Positions 6,626 to 15,087 of a stretch of 15,088 nucleotides of DNA are shown here, piece by piece; position 1 is the stretch's first letter, and each line of letters opens with the position of its first letter. Origin of the DNA: Armatimonadia bacterium (GTDB lineage: Bacteria > Armatimonadota > Zipacnadia > Zipacnadales > UBA11051); NCBI GenBank assembly GCA_039683575.1, contig JBDKRC010000193.1:1-15088 (forward strand). Direction: 5' to 3'. The translations under genes were made by a program, and so were the position numbers. The notes beneath the pieces were generated by a model that did no database searches, was not told where the DNA came from, and saw nothing but the letters and a program-made list of their open reading frames with translations.

Positions 6626-7660
6626 TCACCACAGCATTCGGAACTTGGACTCGCCAGTCTCGATGTGCCCCATGCGGTAGGTCGGGATGTCCCGCGCCTT
6701 CAGGAACGCGACGAACTCGTCCGCCTCTGCCGCCGCCACGATTACCGCCATTCCGACGCCCATGTTGAACGTGCGGTACATCTCCTGCGGCTCAACGTTG
6801 CCGAGCCGCTGAATCAGCCCGAATACCGGTGGCGCGGGCACTGACTGTGCCTCGCATACCGCGCACAGGCCGTCGGGGATCACGCGGTTGATGTTATCCG
6901 GCCACCCGCCCCCGGTAATGTGCGCCATGCCGTGGGGCCGCAGCCCTGCGTCCAGCATCGCCACGAGGTCATGGGCATACAGCCGGGTCGGCTCCAGCAG
7001 TTCCTCGCCGACAGTCCGGCCCAGCTCCTCGACCCGTTCGGTGATCGGCAGGCCCGCCGCCTCCAGCAGGACCTTCCGCGCCAGTGAATAGCCGTTGCTG
7101 TGCAGGCCCGACGACGCCAGACCCAACACTACGTCACCCTCGCTAATCGCAGAGCCATCAATGATATTCTTGCGCTCCACAGCGCCCACCGCGAACCCCG
7201 CCAGATCGTACTCCCCGTCGGCGTAGAAACCCGGCAACTCCGCCGTTTCCCCGCCGATCAGCGCACAACCGACCTTGGAGCAGGCCGCCGCGATGCCCTT
7301 TATGACCGCGGCCCCGGTCTCCGGACTCAGCTTTCCCGTTCCGAAGTAGTCGAGGAAGAACAGTGGCCGGGCGCCCTGCACGACGATATCGTCCACGCAC
7401 ATCGCCACCAGGTCCTGCCCGATGGTGTCATGGCGGTCCATGGCGAACGCGATCTTGAGCTTTGTGCCCACTCCGTCGGTGCCAGACACCAGCACCGGGT
7501 CTTCATACTTGCCCAGCGCATACAAGCCGCCGAAGTCCGAGAGCGTCTGCAGCACGTTGGCGTTGTGCGTCGCCCGTACTGCCTGCTTCACGTCCTTCAG
7601 CATGCTCTCAGCGGCGTCGATGTTCACTCCCGCGCCGCGATATGTCATCTTCTCAGTCAT
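6626..7660 (-). CDS. purM: Phosphoribosylformylglycinamidine cyclo-ligase (AIR synthetase)
   Basis: TYRGAGV, GTDGVGTKLKIA, PLFFLDY, GGETAELPG, SSGLHSNGYSL, AHITGGG, TFNMGVG. Confidence 0.98.
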   Translation of the reverse strand: MTEKMTYRGAGVNIDAAESMLKDVKQAVRATHNANVLQTLSDFGGLYALGKYEDPVLVSGTDGVGTKLKIAFAMDRHDTIGQDLVAMCVDDIVVQGARPLFFLDYFGTGKLSPETGAAVIKGIAAACSKVGCALIGGETAELPGFYADGEYDLAGFAVGAVERKNIIDGSAISEGDVVLGLASSGLHSNGYSLARKVLLEAAGLPITERVEELGRTVGEELLEPTRLYAHDLVAMLDAGLRPHGMAHITGGGWPDNINRVIPDGLCAVCEAQSVPAPPVFGLIQRLGNVEPQEMYRTFNMGVGMAVIVAAAEADEFVAFLKARDIPTYRMGHIETGESKFRMLW

Positions 7661-7715
7661 GGTAGTCTCTCTTTCAACGAACCCTCGAAGTGGGGCTTGC
7701 GGCCTTACCTATGCT

Positions 7716-7831
7716 GTACGAGCGGCTTCCAGCCGCGAGGGTAGCGCGACGTAGCGGGGCTTCCAGCCCCGCGGGCCTTGCATCCCGCCGCCCGCTCCCC
7801 AGGAACGCGTAGTGCGGGCGTCTCGCCCGCG
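7716..7831 (+). repeat. Cluster of GTAG-type REP-like palindromes
   Basis: GTACGAGCGGCTTCCAGCCGCG (7716-7737), GTAGCGGGGCTTCCAGCCCCGC (7751-7772) and GTAGTGCGGGCGTCTCGCCCGCG (7809-7831), all in the same orientation. Confidence 0.75.
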
Positions 7832-8176
7832 TCAGCACGTCAGATGCAACGCCGCCGCCACGTCCTTCCCCTGCTTGCGCAACTCCACGAAATGCTCCAG
7901 CGCCCGCCCGGTCGGCATGGGGCGCCCGTCGATCCCCGCTTCCGCCAGCTTCTCCAGCATCTTGTCCGGCACGTCCATCACGCCGTTTTTGCCGGTGCCG
8001 ATGACCAGGATATGCGGTCGCGCCGTGGCCACTTCCAGCAGATCGTCGAACTTCAGCCGGTGCCCATGCTCCCGCCGCCAGGGGGTGATCACCTCGTCGC
8101 CGAGGATAATAACATCCTTGCGGTAGGATTTCCCCTCCCACTCCAGATGGCCGAAGCTGTAGTTGTACTCACTCAT
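7832..8176 (-). CDS. Mth938-like domain protein (DUF498 family)
   Basis: YSFGHL, WRREHGH, PHILVIGTGKNGVM, TGRA and C-terminal AAALHLTC signature. Confidence 0.9.
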   Translation of the reverse strand: MSEYNYSFGHLEWEGKSYRKDVIILGDEVITPWRREHGHRLKFDDLLEVATARPHILVIGTGKNGVMDVPDKMLEKLAEAGIDGRPMPTGRALEHFVELRKQGKDVAAALHLTC

Positions 8177-8257
8177 TGCCCGTTACCCCCGGCGAAGCAG
8201 GACTCTTCCGCGTCTGAGCGGAAGACTCCTGCACTTTACCCGACCGAGGTACCACTA

Positions 8258-10729
8258 ATGCCTAAGACTCTCTGCCTGCTGGCGGCGCTGCTGCTGGCTT
8301 TCCCTGTCGCGGCCCTGACCATCGCCGAAAAGGGGCAGGCGCGACTGGTGGTTGTACTACCCGATGCGGCCGCCGGTGAGGAGAAGGAGGCCGCTGCCGA
8401 GCTCGACAAGTACCTCGCTAAGGTCACCTCTGCCACCTTCGAGATGGTCGCCGAGAAGGACCTCGCCGCGCGCCCCGCGATCTACGTCGGCGCCACCAAA
8501 GCCGCCGCTGCCGCAGGCATCTCCGCAGACAAGCTTGACCGTGACGGCTTTGTCATCAAGAGCGTGGGCGGGAATCTGTACCTTGTTGGCAATGATCCCG
8601 CCGCCACCGAACTTGCCGTCCACTACTTCCTGCAGCGATACGGCGGCGTTCGCTGGTATATCCCCCTTGAGATAGGGGAGTACATCCCACAGAAGCCTAC
8701 CTTCACGGTCTCTGACACACTCAATGACGTTCAGGAGCCCGACTGGCGTTCGCGGCTGTGGAGTTCGGTAGCAAATATGGACCCGATGTGGGCCAAGCGC
8801 AACCTCTGCCGCCCCCGCTACGAATTCCACCACAACCTGCTCAACGCCCACAATCCCTCGGAAGTCTACGATAAGCACCCGGAGTGGTTCCCGCTGATTG
8901 ACGGCAAGCGGATCCCCAAGCCCCCGGATGGCGCGCATTCGTGGCAGCCGTGTTTTGCCAACCGCGAAATGGCGCAATACTTGGGCGCCAAGATCATCAA
9001 ATACTTCGACGAGCACCCCACCGCCACCAGTTACTCGCTCGGTATCAACGATGTGGGGGAGGGGGGATACTGCCAGTGCGCGGACTGCCAGGCGCTGGAC
9101 GACAAGCGCCAGCCGACCTTCCGCGACCGCCCCAACTACTCCAACCGCGTTTTCACCATGATGAACCGGGTGGCGGAGATCACCAGCCAGAAGTACCCCG
9201 ACAAGCTGCTCGGCTGCCTGTCATATGCCAATTGCGAGGCCGTGCCGACCTTCGCGGTGCACCCCAACATCATACCATATCTGACCAACGACCGCGCGCA
9301 GTGGCGGGACCAGGGCTTCAAGGCCGTTGACCAGAAGCTGCTGCGCCAGTGGGCCAAAGCTACCCGCCAACTGGGCGTATACGACTACTACTACGGCTCC
9401 GGGTATGTGATTCCGCGTTTCTTCCCCGCGGTTAGCGCCGAGAGTATCAAGTTCTGCCACAAGACCGGCGTCCGCGCGTGGTATGCCGAGATCTACTCCA
9501 ACTGGGGCCTCGACGGCTGCAAGGCCTGGCTCGCCAGCCAACTGCTCTGGGACGTTAACCAGGACCCGAAGAAGCTCGTGGACGAGTACTATACCAACTT
9601 CTTCGGCGCTGCCAAAGTGCCGATGAAGAAGTACTGGGACCGCTGCGAGCAGATCTGGATGAAGCAGCCCGGTACGGCCGTGTGGTTCAAGGGGTTCTTT
9701 AACCTCGATCAGCTTGAGATGTTCCCGCCCAGGGTGTGCGACGAACTGCGTGGCTACCTGGATCAGGCCCAGAAGCTCGCGGACACCGACCTCATCAGCA
9801 AGCGTGTCCAGCTCTACTCCGACGGCTTCCGCTATACCGAACTCTATGCACGGGTCTACTGGGGTGACAAAGCCTTCACGCAGGCTAAAGTTGCGAACAT
9901 GAAGCAGGCAGACGCGCTCGTTCGCGAGCTTGTTGGCTATGCCGAGGCCAGCGCCGGGCTTCAGACCCACTTCACCAAGGTCATCAACGCCGACCCGCTG
10001 CTCAAGCCGGTCCTGCCCTTTGATGCCCAGGCGCGTGGAACCTTCGGCAATGGCGTGCTGCCCGCGCTGTCAAAGCTGGCGGACTTCTATGAAGCCAACA
10101 AAGTCGAGTTGCCAGACCCGCCCTGTCTCTCCAAGGCCCTCCCTGCCGACAATCCGGTGGCGAAGATGTATACGGCCTACATGACACTGCGCCAGACCCC
10201 GGACGCTGGGACCGAGTTACTGCCGAATCCCGGCTTCGAGGCGGGACTGACCGGTGGGAAGCCTCAAGGGGCCGATTGGAAGGCGGAAGGCTGCCCGCCC
10301 GGGTGGAGTTCGTGGATTCGTGGCGGGACCCAGGGCGACCTGCGCTGGGTTAAAGAGCCGGTCCATGCGGGACAGTATGCCGTGATGATCACGAAGGTCA
10401 GCGCCGCGGCCTGCTATCTCACCACCGCGCCGATCGTGACGGGGGACGTCTATCTCTGCACGGTCTATGCCAAGGGCAAAGTCGCGAAACCTGAGCATGT
10501 GCAGTTGCAGGTGAAGTGGCGTGACAAGGAGAACAAGTGGTTCGAAGCAGCGCCGCAGGCCGCGCTGCTGCCTGGGTCGGAACTGAAGGACTGGACGCCG
10601 TTGCAGGTGATGTTCACCGCGCCGCCCGGGGCCGCGCAGGCTGTCATCATGATGGTGTCGGACAAGCTGGACCCGGGGGATGTCGTCTACTTCGACGATT
10701 GCTCGCTCAAGCGCGTCAACCTGAAGTAA
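8258..10729 (+). CDS. Secreted DUF4838-like protein with C-terminal carbohydrate-binding-like domain (823 aa)
   Basis: GAGGT RBS and ATG 8258; signal peptide MPKTLCLLAALLLAFPVAA; N-domain AAAELDKYLAKVT..DGFVIKS..GGVRWYIP; SLGIND..YCQCADC; C-terminal LLPNPGFE...VYFDDCSL beta-sandwich. Confidence 0.85.
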   Translation: MPKTLCLLAALLLAFPVAALTIAEKGQARLVVVLPDAAAGEEKEAAAELDKYLAKVTSATFEMVAEKDLAARPAIYVGATKAAAAAGISADKLDRDGFVIKSVGGNLYLVGNDPAATELAVHYFLQRYGGVRWYIPLEIGEYIPQKPTFTVSDTLNDVQEPDWRSRLWSSVANMDPMWAKRNLCRPRYEFHHNLLNAHNPSEVYDKHPEWFPLIDGKRIPKPPDGAHSWQPCFANREMAQYLGAKIIKYFDEHPTATSYSLGINDVGEGGYCQCADCQALDDKRQPTFRDRPNYSNRVFTMMNRVAEITSQKYPDKLLGCLSYANCEAVPTFAVHPNIIPYLTNDRAQWRDQGFKAVDQKLLRQWAKATRQLGVYDYYYGSGYVIPRFFPAVSAESIKFCHKTGVRAWYAEIYSNWGLDGCKAWLASQLLWDVNQDPKKLVDEYYTNFFGAAKVPMKKYWDRCEQIWMKQPGTAVWFKGFFNLDQLEMFPPRVCDELRGYLDQAQKLADTDLISKRVQLYSDGFRYTELYARVYWGDKAFTQAKVANMKQADALVRELVGYAEASAGLQTHFTKVINADPLLKPVLPFDAQARGTFGNGVLPALSKLADFYEANKVELPDPPCLSKALPADNPVAKMYTAYMTLRQTPDAGTELLPNPGFEAGLTGGKPQGADWKAEGCPPGWSSWIRGGTQGDLRWVKEPVHAGQYAVMITKVSAAACYLTTAPIVTGDVYLCTVYAKGKVAKPEHVQLQVKWRDKENKWFEAAPQAALLPGSELKDWTPLQVMFTAPPGAAQAVIMMVSDKLDPGDVVYFDDCSLKRVNLK

Positions 10730-10753
10730 TCAAAGACAAAGAGAGGCACTAGA

Positions 10754-11107
10754 ATGAATGGGGATTCGAAATCACGATTGGCTGCCATGCGCAGCGCCAA
10801 CCCTGACCTCACCGCCGCCGCCCTGGTAACCACCGACGGCTTCGCAGTAGCGTCGGACGTCTCCGCTGGCGTGGACGAAGAGGCTCTGGCCGCCCTGGCC
10901 GCCGATCTGATCGCCCGGGCAGGCCGCAGCAGCCGCGAGTTCGGCAATGGGGATATTGAGGAGCTCTACGCTCGCGGCCCGCAGGGCTACCTCGTGGTCA
11001 TGAGCGCCGGGATCGACCAGGCACTGGTTTGTCTGGCGAAATCCGACACCACCGTCGGTTTGCTGCTGCGTGACGTCCGCAAGGCCGCCCGGGAGTTCGC
11101 CAGCTAA
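10754..11107 (+). CDS. Roadblock/LC7 (MglB-like) domain protein
   Basis: AAALVTTDGFAVAS...ALAALAA...GDIEELYARGPQGYLVV...VGLLLRDV pattern; GAGAGG RBS. Confidence 0.92.
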   Translation: MNGDSKSRLAAMRSANPDLTAAALVTTDGFAVASDVSAGVDEEALAALAADLIARAGRSSREFGNGDIEELYARGPQGYLVVMSAGIDQALVCLAKSDTTVGLLLRDVRKAAREFAS

Positions 11108-11122
11108 CAGTCGGGTAAAACA

Positions 11123-11189
11123 GTAGGGGCGGACCGTGGTCCGCCCTCGCTTCTGCCAGACATGCGGGCGGACCTCGGTCCGCCCCTGC
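11123..11189. repeat. GTAG-type REP inverted doublet
   Basis: GTAGGGGCGGACCGTGGTCCGCCC (11123-11146) versus reverse complement of 11166-11189 GCAGGGGCGGACCGAGGTCCGCCC (22/24). Confidence 0.88.
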
Positions 11190-11193
11190 ATTG

Positions 11194-11222
11194 GGAGCGA
11201 CCTCCTCGGAGGTCGCTCCTAC
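11194..11222 (-). repeat. GTAG-type REP hairpin overlapping the rfbB stop codon; may act as a 3'-end structure between convergent genes
   Basis: Minus strand GTAGGAGCGACCTCCGAGGAGGTCGCTCC; perfect 12-bp inverted arms. Confidence 0.8.
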
Positions 11223-12214
11223 CTGTTCTGATACCACTTCTCCATGAAGTCCCGCCCGCGGGCGATGCTGGTCTCCAGCCACTCCCTGTGCCCGGCAAAC
11301 CACCGGATTGTCTCCCGCAGGCCCGTCTCCCATTCCACTTCCGACTTCCAGCCAAGCGCCTTGAGCTTCTCATCCTTCAGCGCGTACCGAATATCATGTC
11401 CCGGCCGGTCCTCTACGTGCTTGATCAGGCTCTCAGGCTTGCCAAGCTCGTCCAGGATCAGCCGCACGACCTCCATGTTGACCCGCTCGTTGCCGCCGAC
11501 GATGTTGTAGGCCTCGCCCACCTGCCCGCGCGCGAGAAGTGTCTCGACAGCCTGGCAGTGGTCCTGCACGTGCAGCCAGTCCCGCTGCTGCTGGCCACTG
11601 CCATACACCGGCAGGGGCTCGTCCCGCAGCGCCCGGTATACGAAGAGCGGGATCAGCTTCTCGGGGTACTGATAGGGGCCGTAGGTGTTCGTCGGGCGGG
11701 TGATTATCACCGGCACGCCGTAGGTGACGAAGTACGAGTAGGCAAGCCTGTCTCCCCCCGCCTTGGTCGCCGAATACGGATTGCGGGGGTTCAGTGCATC
11801 CTCTTCGCCGAAATGCTGCCCGGTCGAAGCCCCATAGACTTCGTCGGTAGCCACATGGATGAAACGCTGTAGATCTGCCTCCCGCGCCGCCTCCAGCAGC
11901 CGGAACGTCCCTTCCACGTTCGTCTTCACCGCAGCCTCGGCCGAATGAATGCTCCGGTCGACATGCGTCTCGGCGGCGAAATGCACCACGACCTGCACAT
12001 CCCGCATCGCATCGGCCACCGCCTGCGGGTCGCAGATATCGCCCTGCACGAACTCCACGCGCCCGCCGTCAAGCACGTCCCGCAGGTTCTCGAGGTTGCC
12101 GGCATAGGTCAGCTTGTCCAGCACCCGTACCTGGGCCTCAGGCTCACGCTCGAGCAGATGCCGAACATAGTTGCAGCCAATGAACCCGGCCCCGCCAGTA
12201 ACGAGCGTGCGCAT
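11219..12214 (-). CDS. rfbB: dTDP-glucose 4,6-dehydratase
   Basis: VTGGAGFIG, DKLTYAGN, FAAETHVDRSI, TDEVYG, YSATK, YGPYQYPEKLIP, DRPGHDIRY; GGAGGG RBS. Confidence 0.96.
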   Translation of the reverse strand: MRTLVTGGAGFIGCNYVRHLLEREPEAQVRVLDKLTYAGNLENLRDVLDGGRVEFVQGDICDPQAVADAMRDVQVVVHFAAETHVDRSIHSAEAAVKTNVEGTFRLLEAAREADLQRFIHVATDEVYGASTGQHFGEEDALNPRNPYSATKAGGDRLAYSYFVTYGVPVIITRPTNTYGPYQYPEKLIPLFVYRALRDEPLPVYGSGQQQRDWLHVQDHCQAVETLLARGQVGEAYNIVGGNERVNMEVVRLILDELGKPESLIKHVEDRPGHDIRYALKDEKLKALGWKSEVEWETGLRETIRWFAGHREWLETSIARGRDFMEKWYQNR

Positions 12215-12231
12215 GGTCGCCCTCCATACCC

Positions 12232-12374
12232 TCTTGTCATGCTGAGGAGCGTCGTTTGCGACGAAGCATCCTGCCCCGGTCGCCGGAGATTCTTCGCTGC
12301 GCTCAGAATGACAAGCTGAGTTGTGTCATACCCAGTCTTGTCATGCTGAGGAGCGTCGTTTGCGACGAAGCATC
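12232..12374. repeat. TGTC/CGTC-type palindromic repeat element: one inverted pair plus an exact extra copy of the left arm
   Basis: TCTTGTCATGCTGAGGAGCGTCGTTTGCGACGAAGCATC at 12232-12270 and 12336-12374 (39/39); inverted partner GATTCTTCGCTGCGCTCAGAATGACAAG at 12288-12315. Confidence 0.9.
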
Positions 12375-12418
12375 TCTCAGCTAACTAACCGCCCCGGAAG
12401 CAGAAGAAGTTCCGCGCC

Positions 12419-12925
12419 CTACTTCTGCTTGGCCACGGCGTAGGTCCCTGCGAAGTTCTCCAGCTTCTCCACCGGCGGGTCGGCCACATGCGCCGCCACT
12501 ACCTGCCCCACGAAAATCGAGTGATCCTCGAGCTCGAGCTGGCTCACAACCTCGCACTCCAGTGCCACTGCGAGTCCGGATATGATGGGAGCGGCGACTT
12601 CGCTGGTCGGTATCTCCTCAAGCCCGAACTCTTCGAACTTGTTGATGTCCCGCCCCGTGGTGCTACCGGCCTGCTCGATGAGCTTCTCCTGGCCCACGCC
12701 AGGCCAGGCCAGCACGAACTCGCCGGTCTCCTCCATGGTGCGGTGTGTATACCGCCCGAAACCCACGGCGACTGCCATCATCAGCGGGTTGCTGTTGCAG
12801 ATCATGCACCACCCCGCGGGCATGATGTCCGGCTTCCCGTCCTCATCCCGCGTCAGCACGAACATGACCCACTCGGGGTACTTGAGCTTCACGGCTTCCT
12901 CAACTGGCACTTCACGCATCATCAT
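12419..12925 (-). CDS. Flavin reductase family protein (flavoredoxin-like split barrel)
   Basis: MPAGW..SNPLMMAVAV..RYT..TGEFVL..GSTTGRDINKF..APII..LECEV..DHSIFVGQVV; AGGAGG RBS; three tandem ATGs, so the real start may be 12922 or 12919. Confidence 0.92.
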   Translation of the reverse strand: MMMREVPVEEAVKLKYPEWVMFVLTRDEDGKPDIMPAGWCMICNSNPLMMAVAVGFGRYTHRTMEETGEFVLAWPGVGQEKLIEQAGSTTGRDINKFEEFGLEEIPTSEVAAPIISGLAVALECEVVSQLELEDHSIFVGQVVAAHVADPPVEKLENFAGTYAVAKQK

Positions 12926-13051
12926 ATTCCTCCTGGCCGCGTCAGTTGCAGCCGTCCCTGCGCGTTCGCCTAATGGCAGGGCCTGTTATCATTTACGTTT
13001 CTGCACCGGCAGCGTTCGCCAGTGAGGGCCGAAGCCCGGGCGCTTGAAGGG

Positions 13052-13080
13052 ATTATAGCCGAGTGCGCCGGTGACCACAA
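13052..13080 (-). promoter_or_regulatory. Putative sigma70 promoter for the flavin reductase gene
   Basis: TTGTGG-17 bp-TATAAT on the minus strand; the -35 overlaps the U-tract of the rpmA terminator. Confidence 0.6.
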
Positions 13081-13111
13081 AGCAAAATGCCGACGCCATA
13101 GGCGCCGGCAT
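13078..13111 (-). terminator. Intrinsic terminator after rpmA
   Basis: ATGCCGGCGCC-TAT-GGCGTCGGCAT stem followed by TTTGCTTT, 24 bp after the stop. Confidence 0.8.
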
Positions 13112-13135
13112 CGAAATGCAGCGAGTAAGTGATGC

Positions 13136-13405
13136 CTAGACAGCAGCGGCTTCGGCCGGGATCACGTTCACGACGCGGCGGCCGTTGGGGATGTGCTTGA
13201 CCTGCACGGTGCCGTTGGCCACGGCAAACAGCGTGTCGTCCTTGCCCTTCATCACGTTGACGCCCGGATGCAGCCTGGTGCCGCGCTGGCGCACGATGAT
13301 CGTGCCCGGCGTGACAGTCTCGCCCGCAAACCGCTTGACGCCGAGGCGTTGGGCGTTGCTATCGCGACCGTTCTTGGTACTACCCTGACCGGTTTTATGA
13401 GCCAT
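13136..13405 (-). CDS. rpmA: 50S ribosomal protein L27
   Basis: [24 protein letters not shown]...[33 protein letters not shown] fits ATG 13405. Confidence 0.98.
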   Translation of the reverse strand: MAHKTGQGSTKNGRDSNAQRLGVKRFAGETVTPGTIIVRQRGTRLHPGVNVMKGKDDTLFAVANGTVQVKHIPNGRRVVNVIPAEAAAV

Positions 13406-13453
13406 AACTGACACTCCTTCAACGGCGGAGGGATGCTCCGCACGGACAATCGC

Positions 13454-13765
13454 TTAGTAGCTAATGGACTTGATCCGGACTTCGGTGTAATCCTGCCGGT
13501 GGCCCTTCATCTTCTTGTAGTGCTTCTTGGGGCGGTACCTGAACACGATGATCTTCGGTCCGCGTCCCTGCGCCATGACGGTCCCGGTGACCTTCGCACC
13601 AGCAACGTAGGGGGCGCCGAACTTGAACTCGTCCTCGTTGCGCACGGCCAGAACCTGATCGAAGTTGATCTCCTGCTGCGCCTCAACGTCGAGCTTCTGG
13701 ATGCGTATTACGTCATTCTCGGCCGCCACATATTGATGGCCGCCAGACTGGAAAATCGCGTACAT
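13454..13765 (-). CDS. rplU: 50S ribosomal protein L21
   Basis: MYAIFQSGGHQY...GAPYVAGAKV...KIIVFRYRPKKHY..KGHRQDYT; 103 aa from ATG 13765; AAGGA RBS. Confidence 0.98.
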   Translation of the reverse strand: MYAIFQSGGHQYVAAENDVIRIQKLDVEAQQEINFDQVLAVRNEDEFKFGAPYVAGAKVTGTVMAQGRGPKIIVFRYRPKKHYKKMKGHRQDYTEVRIKSISY

Positions 13766-13843
13766 GCCAGTTCGTCCTTTCGTAGCGCCCATAGACGCCG
13801 CAACACAAAGCACCAGCCGCATCTTTGGCTGGCACGGACAGTC

Positions 13844-13872
13844 ATTATACCTTTTGGGGCTGGCTCAGTCAA
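13844..13872 (-). promoter_or_regulatory. sigma70 promoter of rplU-rpmA
   Basis: TTGACT-17 bp-TATAAT on the minus strand. Confidence 0.88.
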
Positions 13873-13902
13873 TACGTCCGGACCACGTTTTTGTACGCGC
13901 CT

Positions 13903-15087
13903 CTACCGCTCCCGAAACGCTAGCTCCGTTGGCCGTCCTGACTTCTCGCCATAGGCGTGCAGGCGCACTTCGTCGGTCTCAGGCGGGTAGTTGCTGTCCC
14001 CGTAGCTCCACAGCATCCGCAGGTCCCCCGGCCCCTGCTGGTGGTTGTGCACGATCTTCACATTGTTGTGTGAGTACCGTGACCCGCTGGTAACATGCCG
14101 GGTGTTGCGCCAGGTGTCTCCGCCATCGGTTGACTGCCACTCCTCGATCTCGCCACCATCCTCATGCGGCTGCACGTTAGTTGTCGGCGCATATACCCGG
14201 ATATCGTCATCGCTCAGGATCGCTATCGCGCCGTCGTCATACATGTGGTCGCTTTCCGCGAAACTGCTGAACCGCCAGCCCTCCGCAGTCTGTCGACCCA
14301 CCATCCACCGCGACAGGTACGTCTCCGGATCTGAGTCAACGAACAGCACGTACGGGCGCCCCTGGCTGTCGAGTTGGATGTCCTTGAGCCACACACCGCG
14401 CTGGCCGCAGTTGTAGATCTCCTCCGCGGTCTCCAGCGTGATCGGCAACTCATACGGCGCGCCGTCGCTGCGCCGCCAGGTGTACCCCCCGTCATCCGAA
14501 CAGGCATAGTAGATGTTATATCGCCGCGCCCACAGGTGTTTGCTCGCGATCTCCTCCGGCGTGCCGCCGCCCAGCCGCGACCACACGAAATGCACCCGGC
14601 GCGGGTAATCACCCGTGTCCCCGATGGTGATCCCGTAGACTGCGCTCTCGCCGAGGTTAACAAGCTCTCGTGGCGGGTCCCATGATCGCCCACCGTCCCG
14701 CGAGACCGTCATCCGCCAGCTACTCGTCTCCCACGTCGGCGCCTGCCGGTAGGATACGAACAGTTCCCCCGATAGAAGCTCCCACGGCTGCGGATACGAG
14801 GTCTTCAGGTCGGGCAGGGCCGCCACCGTCTCCCACTCCGTCTGGTCGTACGGCCGCACCGACCGCAGCACCTGCGACTCATGCCCGTGCGCGCCCCAAA
14901 ACACATGCAGGAAACCATCCGCGTCTATCAGCAGGGTCGGGTTGCGGTGCGCATCCCCATCCGGATTGCTCCCCAGTACCACCGGATACGCAAACTCCCC
15001 GGTCGGGTGGTCATACACGCTGATCGCGGGGGCATTGTCAGCGTTGCCATAGACGAAGAAGGTCTTGTTGACCTTTGCCGCATAGAC
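13903..15087 (-). CDS. BNR/Asp-box repeat beta-propeller protein (BNR_4-like, sialidase/lyase fold); 5' partial
   Basis: Asp boxes SRDGGRSW, SDDGGYTW, STDGGDTW; DAHRNPTLLIDADGFLHVFWGAH motif; the frame stays open upstream of 15018 (VYAAKVNKTFFVYGNADNAPAIS) to the window edge. Confidence 0.85.
   Translation of the reverse strand, partial: VYAAKVNKTFFVYGNADNAPAISVYDHPTGEFAYPVVLGSNPDGDAHRNPTLLIDADGFLHVFWGAHGHESQVLRSVRPYDQTEWETVAALPDLKTSYPQPWELLSGELFVSYRQAPTWETSSWRMTVSRDGGRSWDPPRELVNLGESAVYGITIGDTGDYPRRVHFVWSRLGGGTPEEIASKHLWARRYNIYYACSDDGGYTWRRSDGAPYELPITLETAEEIYNCGQRGVWLKDIQLDSQGRPYVLFVDSDPETYLSRWMVGRQTAEGWRFSSFAESDHMYDDGAIAILSDDDIRVYAPTTNVQPHEDGGEIEEWQSTDGGDTWRNTRHVTSGSRYSHNNVKIVHNHQQGPGDLRMLWSYGDSNYPPETDEVRLHAYGEKSGRPTELAFRER

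Noticed and set aside
7778..8257. 160-aa N-terminal extension of the 983-aa ORF
   Set aside because: It overlaps the Mth938-like gene on the opposite strand; the RBS and signal peptide mark ATG 8258.
12232..12374. 39-bp direct repeat as a CRISPR array
   Set aside because: Only two copies, the 65-bp spacer contains the inverted partner arm, and there are no cas genes.
13005..13030. ZTP (pfl) or fluoride riboswitch suggested by ACTGGCGAA / GTTCGCC words
   Set aside because: The other required elements (GGTGG..CCAC..GGGAG and CGCCTGGG for ZTP; GGCGATGG and CTGATG for fluoride) are absent.
13406..13453. N-terminally extended L27 (Prp-cleaved type) from the start at 13414
   Set aside because: That codon abuts the RBS, the extension lacks the Firmicute-type motif, and there is no prp gene between rplU and rpmA.
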